From assembly GCA_032718475.1 (NCBI GenBank), contig JAUCBJ010001772.1, positions 8,254 through 72,253 of the forward strand: a stretch of DNA of 64,000 nucleotides. Reading direction: 5' to 3'. Below the pieces are notes generated by a model that worked only from the letters and a program-made list of their open reading frames with translations, made no database searches and was not told the DNA's origin. Position 1 is the stretch's first letter, and every line of letters begins with the position of its first letter. The stretch is from Nemertoderma westbladi. Its lineage: Eukaryota; Animalia; Xenacoelomorpha. This document shows, in pieces, positions 11,301-21,800 of the stretch. The translations under genes were made by a program, and so were the position numbers.

Positions 11301-12682
11301 CTTCAATAAAGCAACCTTTATTACCAAGCAGTTTCCGTTATCATTGTAATGCAACAGTCTAGGGCGGACTACAGTAGAACTGTAATAAGGTACTAAAGGC
11401 AATACTGTACTGATAGTAAATTAGTACATACAATAAAACAACTGGTATACCTGGCATTTCACCTGCCGGGACATTACGAATGTTACCCCTATAGTGTATG
11501 AAACTCAAAAGGGGAATACTGCAAAACGTTTGGGGAGGGGGGGGGGGGGGGTGGTCAACACCGGACCGGTTCTACATTTTACTACAATATCATGGTGTTG
11601 ATAAAGGGGCGGTTATATTTAAAACTTTTATTTGATAAAATCAAAAATTTTAGAAGAAAACGAGACGAAACGAAAAACGAATTTAAAGTCTATGAAACGA
11701 AACGAAAATTTATAGATTGATACAAAACGAAACGAGTATTTGATCGGATTTGTAAAAACGAAACGAAATTGAAATTTCTTTCGTTTCGTTTCGTTTCGTT
11801 TTGCCATCCCTGATTCTGATTTGGTAGTCGGACAATTTAATAGTTTTGAACACTAAATATCAATCTATAGAGCATTTCACCAAATATCTGTCTGTCCGTT
11901 TCAAGGTATCTTAAGAACGGCTGAACCGATTGCCTCAATTTTTGTCAAATTGTTGTAAATTCAATGAGTCACCATCGGACCTCTGCGCCTCCGTTACCTC
12001 TGGAGTCCGTATTAACTTTCGCACTGAATGCGTTGGATGGTGACTCATACAAAAAATACCTTGAAACGGACAGACGGACGGACAGACAGGCAGACAGACA
12101 TTTGGTGAATATATTTGGCTCTATAAATTGATATTTAGTGTTCAAAACTATTAAAATGTCCGTCTACAAAATTTCGATGTGTTTTTATAAAAATTAAAGT
12201 TTGTATAGCATTTTACATGGACGCGCACATGTTTTTTTGACAACCCAATATTTTAATAAATTTTCAACGTCATTTTCATATTCGAACAAAATAATTATAA
12301 TTATATTTATATTTATGCTTTTATTTTTCGTACACGCATGGTGTTATTGTTTATTTTATTTCAATAGATATATTTACCGGTAAATAAATATTCTTCCATG
12401 CAGGGTATGCAGACTGGTATTCGAGTGAAGGCGACAGTGGCCCTAGAATGTTCCGCCATGACCGACAGTGACTCAGTAGACTCGGTATTTAGATGGGCTG
12501 CCCTCTCTGCGATCGGCCAGAAACACAGTCTGAAGAACGCCGAGTGCTCATTGCCAAGACGACGCTATTCCTTGCGAAGGTCTCCCGTAGTAACAAACTA
12601 TCAGGGGATTGGTGACGTCCCAAAGAGAAAAGCCGCGACCACAGAGGACATCAAGAAGTCGTCGTCCTGTGTCCTGCAATAA
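5338..12682 (+). CDS. Rho-family small GTPase, Rnd/RhoE-like (atypical, predicted GTPase-deficient); 5 coding exons
   Basis: join(5338..5448,6209..6296,8422..8531,10732..10866,12404..12682); all introns GT-AG and phase-consistent. Motifs: KFLLVGEEGSGKT, YAPTMFE, WDNSGSHDYDSVRPLAY, LVGCKSDL, ECSA and C-terminal CaaX CVLQ. Confidence 0.9.
5942..6031. repeat. Short palindrome/hairpin (~35-bp arms) in Rho intron 1
   Basis: TAAATGTCACCTATTGTTTTACGTGGTAACCAATGACG ... CGTCATTGGTTACCACATAAACAAGGGACATTTA. Confidence 0.65.
6467..8387. mobile_element. Non-autonomous hAT-like DNA transposon in Rho intron 2
   Basis: 14-bp TIRs CAGTGCCGGATTAA / TTAATCCGGCACTG; 8-bp TSD GTAGCTTG / GTAGCTTA (7 of 8 match); subterminal GTGCCTTAGGGCC at both ends; no transposase ORF. 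Confidence 0.85.
8597..8945. mobile_element. Inverted pair of Penelope-like terminal repeats with a hammerhead-like core
   Basis: Arms 8597-8699 and 8839-8945 are reverse complements. The minus strand reads CTGAAGA-cggatgtgacgccc-GAAA-tgcg-TA around 8681-8711. Confidence 0.55.
9200..9975 (-). mobile_element. RTE-clade LINE reverse transcriptase fragment (decayed)
   Basis: TDFADDIALL...GLHINATKTEFM...DFQYLGSWI...FRATVESVFLYGGETWTL...YTRLLRAALNISW; frameshifts upstream. Confidence 0.85.
9978..10430 (+). mobile_element. Second RTE-clade LINE 3' fragment, opposite orientation
   Basis: LDGTFTRMLRRV...RLRFAGHCFRRED..VHNLVLWQP...DRELWR is the typical RTE C-terminus. Confidence 0.75.
10858..11042 (+). 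repeat. 44-bp tandem repeat x4 copying the exon 4 end and 5' splice site of the Rho gene
   Basis: Unit GTGAGTCGGGTGGGACCTACCATCGGTGAGGATTAGCCAATCAG begins exactly at the donor (10867). The unit ends in GCCA(A/G)TCAG, matching the exon end GCCAGTCAG. Confidence 0.9.
11079..11812. mobile_element. hAT-like MITE with (AACGA)n subterminal repeats
   Basis: TIRs CAGGGATGGCA(T/A)AACGAAAC / GTTTCGTTTTGCCATCCCTG; imperfect 8-bp TSD ATTCTGTG / ATTCTGAT. Confidence 0.8.
11824..12167. mobile_element. Inverted-repeat element with Helentron/DINE-1-like (CTGT/CCGT)n microsatellite
   Basis: ~85-bp inverted arms (TTTAATAGTTTTGAACACTAAATATCAAT / ATTGATATTTAGTGTTCAAAACTATTAAA), with TCTGTCTGTCCGT and AACGGCTGAACCGATT motifs. 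Confidence 0.6.
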
Positions 12683-13267
12683 TTCTGTACCGGTAACGGT
12701 AATAGGCCTCTATCTCAATATAAACATGTTTTAATTAATTTTTAAATTCATTTTGTGCAAATTTTGATATGAATGTCAATAGAAAAGATTTTTTACAATA
12801 AATTCCCTGTTTCACCAACAGATTAATTATTATTAACATCCACGATCACCGACACAACCCCGTGAGAGCGACATCTGGGAGGGAGGGGACTTTCTAGGCT
12901 CGACGCAATACAAATTTATCCCCTCCAGGGTAAAATCGACGGAAATAACAGCTGATTACTCCCAAAAATAAAACTGTATAACCTGTTCTACATTTCCAGC
13001 CAATTTTGAATCTTACCATGGCCTACTTAAATATTTAAGTAGGCCATGATCTTACCTTCTGCAAAATTATACTGCCTATACATTTATTTAACTTATTGCT
13101 ATCAGCTTATTGTTTGATTTGATTGATTGATTGGTGAGCTCGTGTATTTGCTTAATAATATACACCCCCCCCCCCCCCCCCCCCCCCCACCGTTGGTACA
13201 CCATTTTGGTCCAAAATATGTCGAAATTATTTTTATGATCTATTATAATGCACGATTAATCAGAAAA

Positions 13268-13498
13268 CCGCTCAATAGCTCAGTTAGTTGAGCGGCGGGC
13301 CTGCAATCTATTGGTTGTAGGTTCAGCCCCGCCAGGGTCCACTCAGCCTTTCATCAACTGGGATCGATAAAATGAGTACCAGTTAAATAACTGGGAGCAA
13401 AACTTGGGATAGGAGTAGCGCCCACCCCTACCCTCGGGTAGCAGCTATCGAGAGAGGAGCCTTTGGGTGGCCTCCGGCTTCGGCCGACTGTTTGCTTG
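13268..13498 (+). mobile_element. tRNA-derived SINE with a conserved central domain
   Basis: A box TAGCTCAGTTAG; B box GGTTCAGCCCC; core ACTCAGCCTTTCATC...GATAAAATGAGTACCAG; tail GCTATCG..GAGGAGCCTTTGGGT...CCGACTGTTTGCTT shared with 51145-51370. Confidence 0.75.
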
Positions 13499-13707
13499 AT
13501 ATATAATGAAAGGTCGATTATCTCCAAATATTTTTTTTATGAAATTGTCAACTTCAAATCCCTACTACTTTTACAATTTTTGAGCAATTTGTCTGAAACA
13601 ATCCGGTGGGTGTCTACATAGCCACCCTGCATAAAAGTAGCAGACAACTTTTCGAAATTTTATGTTAATAAAATTTAATACTATTTATACTGTAACAAAC
13701 CTTAATT

Positions 13708-13727
13708 TGCAGCGCCACCTAGCGGTG
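13708..13727 (-). promoter_or_regulatory. CTCF-consensus-like site between the convergent Rho and SPAG6 genes
   Basis: TGCAGCGCCACCTAGCGGT (reverse complement ACCGCTAGGTGGCGCTGCA) resembles the bilaterian CTCF core. Motif match only. Confidence 0.4.
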
Positions 13728-14023
13728 CCGAATTATTTTCACAAAATTTCGCCTGATAGTTATGTTGCCCCTTCTTTGATCTATCATATAAAAAAACTTT
13801 CATGTGATTCGATTCAAAACTGTAAAAGCCTTAGGGTTTTAAGCGCAACCAAGTTTTTTTTATTGTTAACTAGTATTAACTAATATTAAATAGCGAAAAA
13901 AAAATTTTTCTGACCTGTCATGTAGAATAGCATCTTAGGCACCTATATTCCAAATTTTAGCCAAAACCAAACAATTTTGAAACGCTGAGAGTGATAAATC
14001 GAAGAGTTGTCCGAAAATGTTGT

Positions 14024-14059
<36 letters not shown>

Positions 14060-14440
14060 CGTACCTATTAATAATGGAACTAGACTCTACCCTTCTGTAA
14101 ATCCAACTTCGCCTGGTAATCCACACTTACAAAGCATCGCTTGTGCGCATGGGAGGATCCCAAGATCAAGTATTTTGGAGAAAATACATTTAATTTAATT
14201 TATGTTGCTTTCATTATAAATATACGAACAGGTAAAAGTTTCAAACATAGAAATTAATGACGGTTATGACACGAGTTGTTGTCTTATATTTAAATTATTA
14301 TATATCTATTTTAATTATATATTTATTCTGAGTTGTAAGAGTCGATGACGATTCGTTTACATCTGCGTTTAAATTGAACCAATTGTACTGACATATTCTA
14401 GGTTTTCGTATTTATTATGATGTAAGATTTTCAGATAGGG

Positions 14441-15193
14441 CACAGTGCGTTTTAACCAACTTTTAGTCGAAAAAAAAATACCCATCTCCAATTTTTTTTT
14501 CAAAATTATAAATTATTATAATTATATTAATAATATTATAAAACTTTAAAAAAATTACCCTACCCATTCCTAATTTTCGATTTATTTGCAGTCTGCATGA
14601 TGTATTAGTTTAAATTTAGCTTGAACTAACATATTTCATCGGGCTATTGGCCTTCAATACACAGTAAGTAAATGGCTCATATTGAAATACGTAGCCGTAA
14701 AGAGAATTATTTTACATTCCGCCTAAAATATTACTTCTAATGATCCCACAGACTCAAACATAGTTCCATTCGAATCGCAATCATTTAGTTGGAGTAAAAA
14801 CCATCAGAATAAGACTAGGGCGCTTAGTTCTCGAGATATTGTAGAAAAGGTGTACTTTAGGCTTACTATGCGCCTTTTGTACACACAACTCTATATACAC
14901 CTTTTGTGAAATATCTTGAGAATTAACCGCTCTACTCTTTTTTTGGAGGTTTCTTCCGCAACTAAATCGATGATTGCGGTTCGAATGGAACTATGTTAGA
15001 TTCTGTGGGATCAATAGAACATTATTACTGAAATTTATTAGTAATTTATTTATTACTTATTTGTTACTGAAAATAATACCTACAGACTCAAAAAATTGTT
15101 TTTTCTGAAATAACTAGTGGATGTGGTTGTTATGAAAAAAAAATTGGAGATGGGTATTTTTTTTCTACTAAAAGTTGGTTAAAACGCACTGTG
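14441..15193. mobile_element. MITE with CACAGTG termini (Transib/Chapaev-like), ~60-bp TIRs and internal inverted repeats
   Basis: CACAGTGCGTTTTAACCAACTTTTAGT..AAAAAAAATACCCATCTCCAATTTTTTTTT at the left end and its near-exact reverse complement at the right. Inner inverted repeat ~14741-14890 / 14895-15015. TSD is not clean. Confidence 0.8.
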
Positions 15194-15835
15194 AGGTGGA
15201 AAACTGGACGCAATAAAAATTCATCCCTCTCCAGGGGAAATTGGACGCAAATAACAGATGATTATTCTCAAAAATAAAACTGTAACCTGTTCTATTGTGT
15301 TTAGTTTATTGGTTAAAATAACGTGTCACTGTAACCTGTTCCATTCCCTAAATTGAGAATTTAACATTGAGGCGGGATTATTAATTCGCAAAGGCGGGTT
15401 TGGCGTCCTGTTTCACCCCCTGTTTCAAGATATTTGGGGTTCATTCTTCCTTCAAAACATCAAAGTAAACAGTTTGGCAACGATAGGCACTCAGAGACTG
15501 GCCATGACGATATTGGTTGTATCCGAAATACAGTTAGTATCCAAACTTTGAAAACTACAGTAATTAGGCCAATTTAATGTTCATGTTTACCAATAATTTT
15601 ATTTTAATCAGATATAATTAGTCAATAACGCAGCACCGCAGCACTGGTAGCGACCTATTTAAAACCAAAGGACGGACACAATTAATACGGGTTATACAAA
15701 ATAATGATAACAGTACAAATTAAAAGAGTTTGTAGGTAATAATAATTAATAGTTTCACATTATCTAATCAATAAAGATGTTCCTTTTTCTCTGCATCAAT
15801 GATCATATTTGGTTGATAGTTTATATGGATTCCTC

Positions 15836-18800
15836 TCACATCGCGCTCACTGGTTGGTAGTGTTCCACACGGTCTAATAGTTCATCCGAATATCCAGGGG
15901 TGTAGTACCTAATTAATAAATAAATTAATATTACCAAATAAATAAATAGTACCAAAATAAATAAATATTTACCAAAATAAATAAATAAAGTAGTACCAAA
16001 ATAAATAAATAAATATTTACCGTAATATATAATAAATAGTTACCAAAATAAACAAATATATACGTAGTACCAAAATATATAATTAAATAGTACCAAAAAA
16101 ATAAATGAATTAGTCCGGAGTATTATCTAAAAAATTAATAAAAATAAATAGTATCGAATATGGAATAATACCAACTGAACACTAGGTCTATTATCTATAA
16201 GTTCTATCTATTATTTATAAGTATACATTATCTATGGTCTATAAGCTTTATTATTAGTAATTATTTATAGCGGTGATGCACTACAACTCTACTCACTTGA
16301 CTATCTCCTCTGGGTAGCAGTTATTTATAGCAGTGATGTACTACAACTCTACTCACTTGACTATCTCCTCCGGGTAGCAGTTATTTATATCAGTGATGCA
16401 CTACAACTCTACTCACTTGACTATCTCCTCCGGGTAGCAGTTATTTATATCAGTGATGCACTACAACTCTACTCATTGACTATCTCCTCTGGGTAGCAGT
16501 TATTTATAGCAGTGATGCACTAAACTCTACTCACTTGACTATCTCCTCCGGGTAGCAGTTATTTATATCAGTGATGCACTACAACTCTACTCACTTGACT
16601 ATCTCCTCTGGGTAGCAGTTATTTATATCAGTGATGCACTACAACTCTACTCACTTGACTATCTCCTCCGGGTAGCAGATATTTATATCAGTGATGCACT
16701 ACAACTCTACTCACTTGACTATCTCCTCCGGGTAGCAGTTATTTATATCAGTGATGCACTACAACTCTACTCACTTGACTATCTCCTCCGGGTAGCAGAT
16801 ATTTATATCAGTGATGCACTACAACTCTACTCACTTGACTATCTCCTCTGGGTAGCAGTTATTTATAGCAGTGATGCACTACAACTCTACTCACTTGACT
16901 ATCTCCTCTGGGTAGCAGTTATTTATATCAGTGATGCACTACAACTCTACTCACTTGACTATCTCCTCTGGGTAGCAGTTATTTATATCAGTGATGCACT
17001 ACAACTCTACTCACTTGACTATCTCCTCCGGGTAGCAGATATTTATATCAGTGATGCACTAAACTCTACTCACTTGACTATCTCCTCCGGGTAGCAGTTA
17101 TTTATATCAGTGATGCACTACAACTCTACTCACTTGACTATCTCCTCTGGGTAGCAGTTATTTATAGCAGTGATGCACTACAACTCTACTCACTTGACTA
17201 TCTCCTCTGGGTAGCAGTTATTTATATCAGTGATGCACTAAACTCTACTCACTTGACTATCTCCTCCGGGTAGCAGTTATTTATATCAGTGATGCACTAC
17301 AACTCTACTCACTTGACTATCTCCTCTGGGTAGCAGTTATTTATATCAGTGATGCACTACAACTCTACTCACTTGACTATCTCCTCTCGGGTAGCAGTTA
17401 TTTATAGCAGTGATGCACTACAACTCTACTCACTTGACTATCTCCTCCGGGTAGCAGATATTTATATCAGTGATGTACTACAACTCTACTCACTTGACTA
17501 TCTCCTCCGGGTAGCAGTTATTTATATCAGTGATGCACTACAACTCTACTCACTTGACTATCTCCTCCTGGGTAGCAGTTATTTATAGCAGTGATGCACT
17601 ACAACTCTACTCACTTGACTATCTCCTCCGGGTAGCAGATATTTATATCAGTGATGTACTACAACTCTACTCACTTGACTATCTCCTCTGGGTAGCAGTT
17701 ATTTATAGCAGTGATGCACTACAACTCTACTCACTTGACTATCTCCTCCTGGGTAGCAGTTATTTATATCAGTGATGCACTACAACTCTACTCACTTGAC
17801 TATCTCCTCCTGGGTAGCAGTTATTTATAGCAGTGATGCACTACAACTCTACTCACTTGACTATCTCCTCTGGGTAGCAGTTATTTATATCAGTGATGCA
17901 CTACAACTCTACTCACTTGACTATCTCCTCCGGGTAGCAGTTATTTATATCAGTGATGCACTACAACTCTACTCACTTGACTATCTCCTCTGGGTAGCAG
18001 TTATTTATATCAGTGATGCACTACAACTCTACTCACTTGACTATCTCCTCCGGGTAGCAGTTATTTATATCAGTGATGCACTACAACTCTACTCACTTGA
18101 CTATCTCCTCTGGGTAGCAGTTATTTATAGCAGTGATGCACTAAACTCTACTCACTTGACTATCTCCTCCGGGTAGCAGTTATTTATATCAGTGATGCAC
18201 TACAACTCTACTCACTTGACTATCTCCTCTGGGTAGCAGTTATTTATAGCAGTGATGCACTACAACTCTACTCACTTGACTATCTCCTCTGGGTAGCAGT
18301 TATTTATAGCAGTGATGCACTACAACTCTACTCACTTGACTATCTCCTCCGGGTAGCAGATATTTATATCAGTGATGTACTACAACTCTACTCACTTGAC
18401 TATCTCCTCCGGGTAGCAGTTATTTATATCAGTGATGTACTACAACTCTACTCATTGACTATCTCCTCTGGGTAGCAGTTATTTATAGCAGTGATGCACT
18501 ACAACTCTACTCACTTGACTATCTCCTCCGGGTAGCAGATATTTATATCAGTGATGTACTACAACTCTACTCACTTGACTATCTCCTCCGGGTAGCAGTT
18601 ATTTATATCAGTGATGTACTACAACTCTACTCACTTGACTATCTCCTCTGGGTAGCAGTTATTTATATCAGTGATGCACTAAACGCTACTCACTTGACTA
18701 TCTCCTCCGGGTAGCAGTTATTTATATCAGTGATGCACTACAACTCTACTCACTTGACTATCTCCTCTACTGGGTAGCAGTTATTTATAGCAGTGATGCA

Positions 18801-21800
18801 CTACAACTCTACTCACTTGACTATCTCCTCCGGGTAGCAGATATTTATATCAGTGATGCACTACAACTCTACTCACTTGACTATCTCCTCTACTGGGTAG
18901 CAGTTATTTATAGCAGTGATGTACTACAACTCTACTCACTTGACTATCTCCTCTGGGTAGCAGTTATTTATAGCAGTGATGTACTACAACTCTACTCACT
19001 TGACTATCTCCTCTGGGTAGCAGTTATTTATATCAGTGATGCACTACAACTCTACTCACTTGACTATCTCCTCTGGGTAGCAGTTATTTATAGCAGTGAT
19101 GCACTAAACTCTACTCACTTGACTATCTCCTCTGGGTAGCAGTTATTTATATCAGTGATGCACTAAACGCTACTCACTTGACTATCTCCTCCGGGTAGCA
19201 GTTATTTATATCAGTGATGCACTACAACTCTACTCACTTGACTATCTCCTCTGGGTAGCAGTTATTTATAGCAGTGATGTACTACAACTCTACTCACTTG
19301 ACTATCTCCTCTGGGTAGCAGTTATTTATATCAGTGATGCACTAAACGCTACTCACTTGACTATCTCCTCCGGGTAGCAGTTATTTATATCAGTGATGCA
19401 CTACAACTCTACTCACTTGACTATCTCCTCTGGGTAGCAGTTATTTATATCAGTGATGTACTACAACTCTACTCATTGACTATCTCCTCCGGGTAGCAGT
19501 TATTTATATCAGTGATGCACTACAACTCTACTCACTTGACTATCTCCTCTACTGGGTAGCAGTTATTTATAGCAGTGATGCACTACAACTCTACTCACTT
19601 GACTATCTCCTCCGGGTAGCAGATATTTATATCAGTGATGTACTACAACTCTACTCATTGACTATCTCCTCCGGGTAGCAGTTATTTATATCAGTGATGC
19701 ACTACAACTCTACTCACTTGACTATCTCCTCTACTGGGTAGCAGTTATTTATAGCAGTGATGCACTACAACTCTACTCACTTGACTATCTCCTCCGGGTA
19801 GCAGATATTTATATCAGTGATGTACTACAACTCTACTCACTTGACTATCTCCTCTGGGTAGCAGTTATTTATATCAGTGATGTACTACAACTCTACTCAT
19901 TGACTATCTCCTCCGGGTAGCAGTTATTTATATCAGTGATGCACTACAACTCTACTCACTTGACTATCTCCTCTACTGGGTAGCAGTTATTTATAGCAGT
20001 GATGCACTACAACTCTACTCACTTGACTATCTCCTCCGGGTAGCAGATATTTATATCAGTGATGTACTACAACTCTACTCACTTGACTATCTCCTCTGGG
20101 TAGCAGTTATTTATAGCAGTGATGCACTAAACTCTACTCACTTGACTATCTCCTCTGGGTAGCAGTTATTTATATCAGTGATGTACTACAACTCTACTCA
20201 TTGACTATCTCCTCCGGGTAGCAGTTATTTATATCAGTGATGCACTACAACTCTACTCACTTGACTATCTCCTCTACTGGGTAGCAGTTATTTATAGCAG
20301 TGATGCACTACAACTCTACTCACTTGACTATCTCCTCCGGGTAGCAGATATTTATATCAGTGATGTACTACAACTCTACTCACTTGACTATCTCCTCTGG
20401 GTAGCAGTTATTTATATCAGTGATGTACTACAACTCTACTCATTGACTATCTCCTCCGGGTAGCAGTTATTTATATCAGTGATGCACTACAACTCTACTC
20501 ACTTGACTATCTCCTCTACTGGGTAGCAGTTATTTATAGCAGTGATGCACTACAACTCTACTCACTTGACTATCTCCTCCGGGTAGCAGATATTTATATC
20601 AGTGATGTACTACAACTCTACTCACTTGACTATCTCCTCTGGGTAGCAGTTATTTATAGCAGTGATGCACTAAACTCTACTCACTTGACTATCTCCTCCG
20701 GGTAGCAGATATTTATATCAGTGATGTACTACAACTCTACTCACTTGACTATCTCCTCTGGGTAGCAGTTATTTATAGCAGTGATGCACTACAACTCTAC
20801 TCACTTGACTATCTCCTCTACTGGGTAGCAGTTATTTATAGCAGTGATGCACTACAACTCTACTCACTTGACTATCTCCTCCGGGTAGCAGATATTTATA
20901 TCAGTGATGTACTACAACTCTACTCACTTGACTATCTCCTCTGGGTAGCAGTTATTTATAGCAGTGATGCACTACAACTCTACTCACTTGACTATCTCCT
21001 CCGGGTAGCAGTTATTTATATCAGTGATGTACTACAACTCTACTCACTTGACTATCTCCTCTGGGTAGCAGTTATTTATATCAGTGATGCACTACAACTC
21101 TACTCACTTGACTATCTCCTCTGGGTAGCAGTTATTTATAGCAGTGATGCACTAAACTCTACTCACTTGACTATCTCCTCTGGGTAGCAGTTATTTATAT
21201 CAGTGATGCACTAAACGCTACTCACTTGACTATCTCCTCCGGGTAGCAGTTATTTATATCAGTGATGCACTACAACTCTACTCACTTGACTATCTCCTCT
21301 GGGTAGCAGTTATTTATAGCAGTGATGTACTACAACTCTACTCACTTGACTATATCCTCTGGGTAGCAGATATTTATATCAGTGATGTACTAAACTCTAC
21401 TCACTTGACTATATCCTCTGGGTAGCAGATATTTATATCAGTGATGTACTACAACTCTACTCACTTGACTATCTCCTCTGGGTAGCAGTTATTTATAGCA
21501 GTGATGTACTACAACTCTACTCACTTGACTATCTCCTCTACTGGGTAGCAGTTATTTATAGCAGTGATGCACTACAACTCTACTCACTTGACTATCTCCT
21601 CCGGGTAGCAGATATTTATATCAGTGATGTACTACAACTCTACTCACTTGACTATCTCCTCTGGGTAGCAGTTATTTATATCAGTGATGTACTACAACTC
21701 TACTCATTGACTATCTCCTCCGGGTAGCAGTTATTTATATCAGTGATGCACTACAACTCTACTCACTTGACTATCTCCTCTACTGGGTAGCAGTTATTTA

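Noticed and set aside
13268-13345. Genuine tRNA genes here and at 27275-27350, 42645-42720, 46113-46195 and 51145-51225
   Set aside because: A/B boxes are present but no intact cloverleaf; the longer ones continue into SINE bodies.
17349-18176. Plus-strand ORFs within the 60-bp array
   Set aside because: They are repeat translations antisense to a SPAG6 intron.
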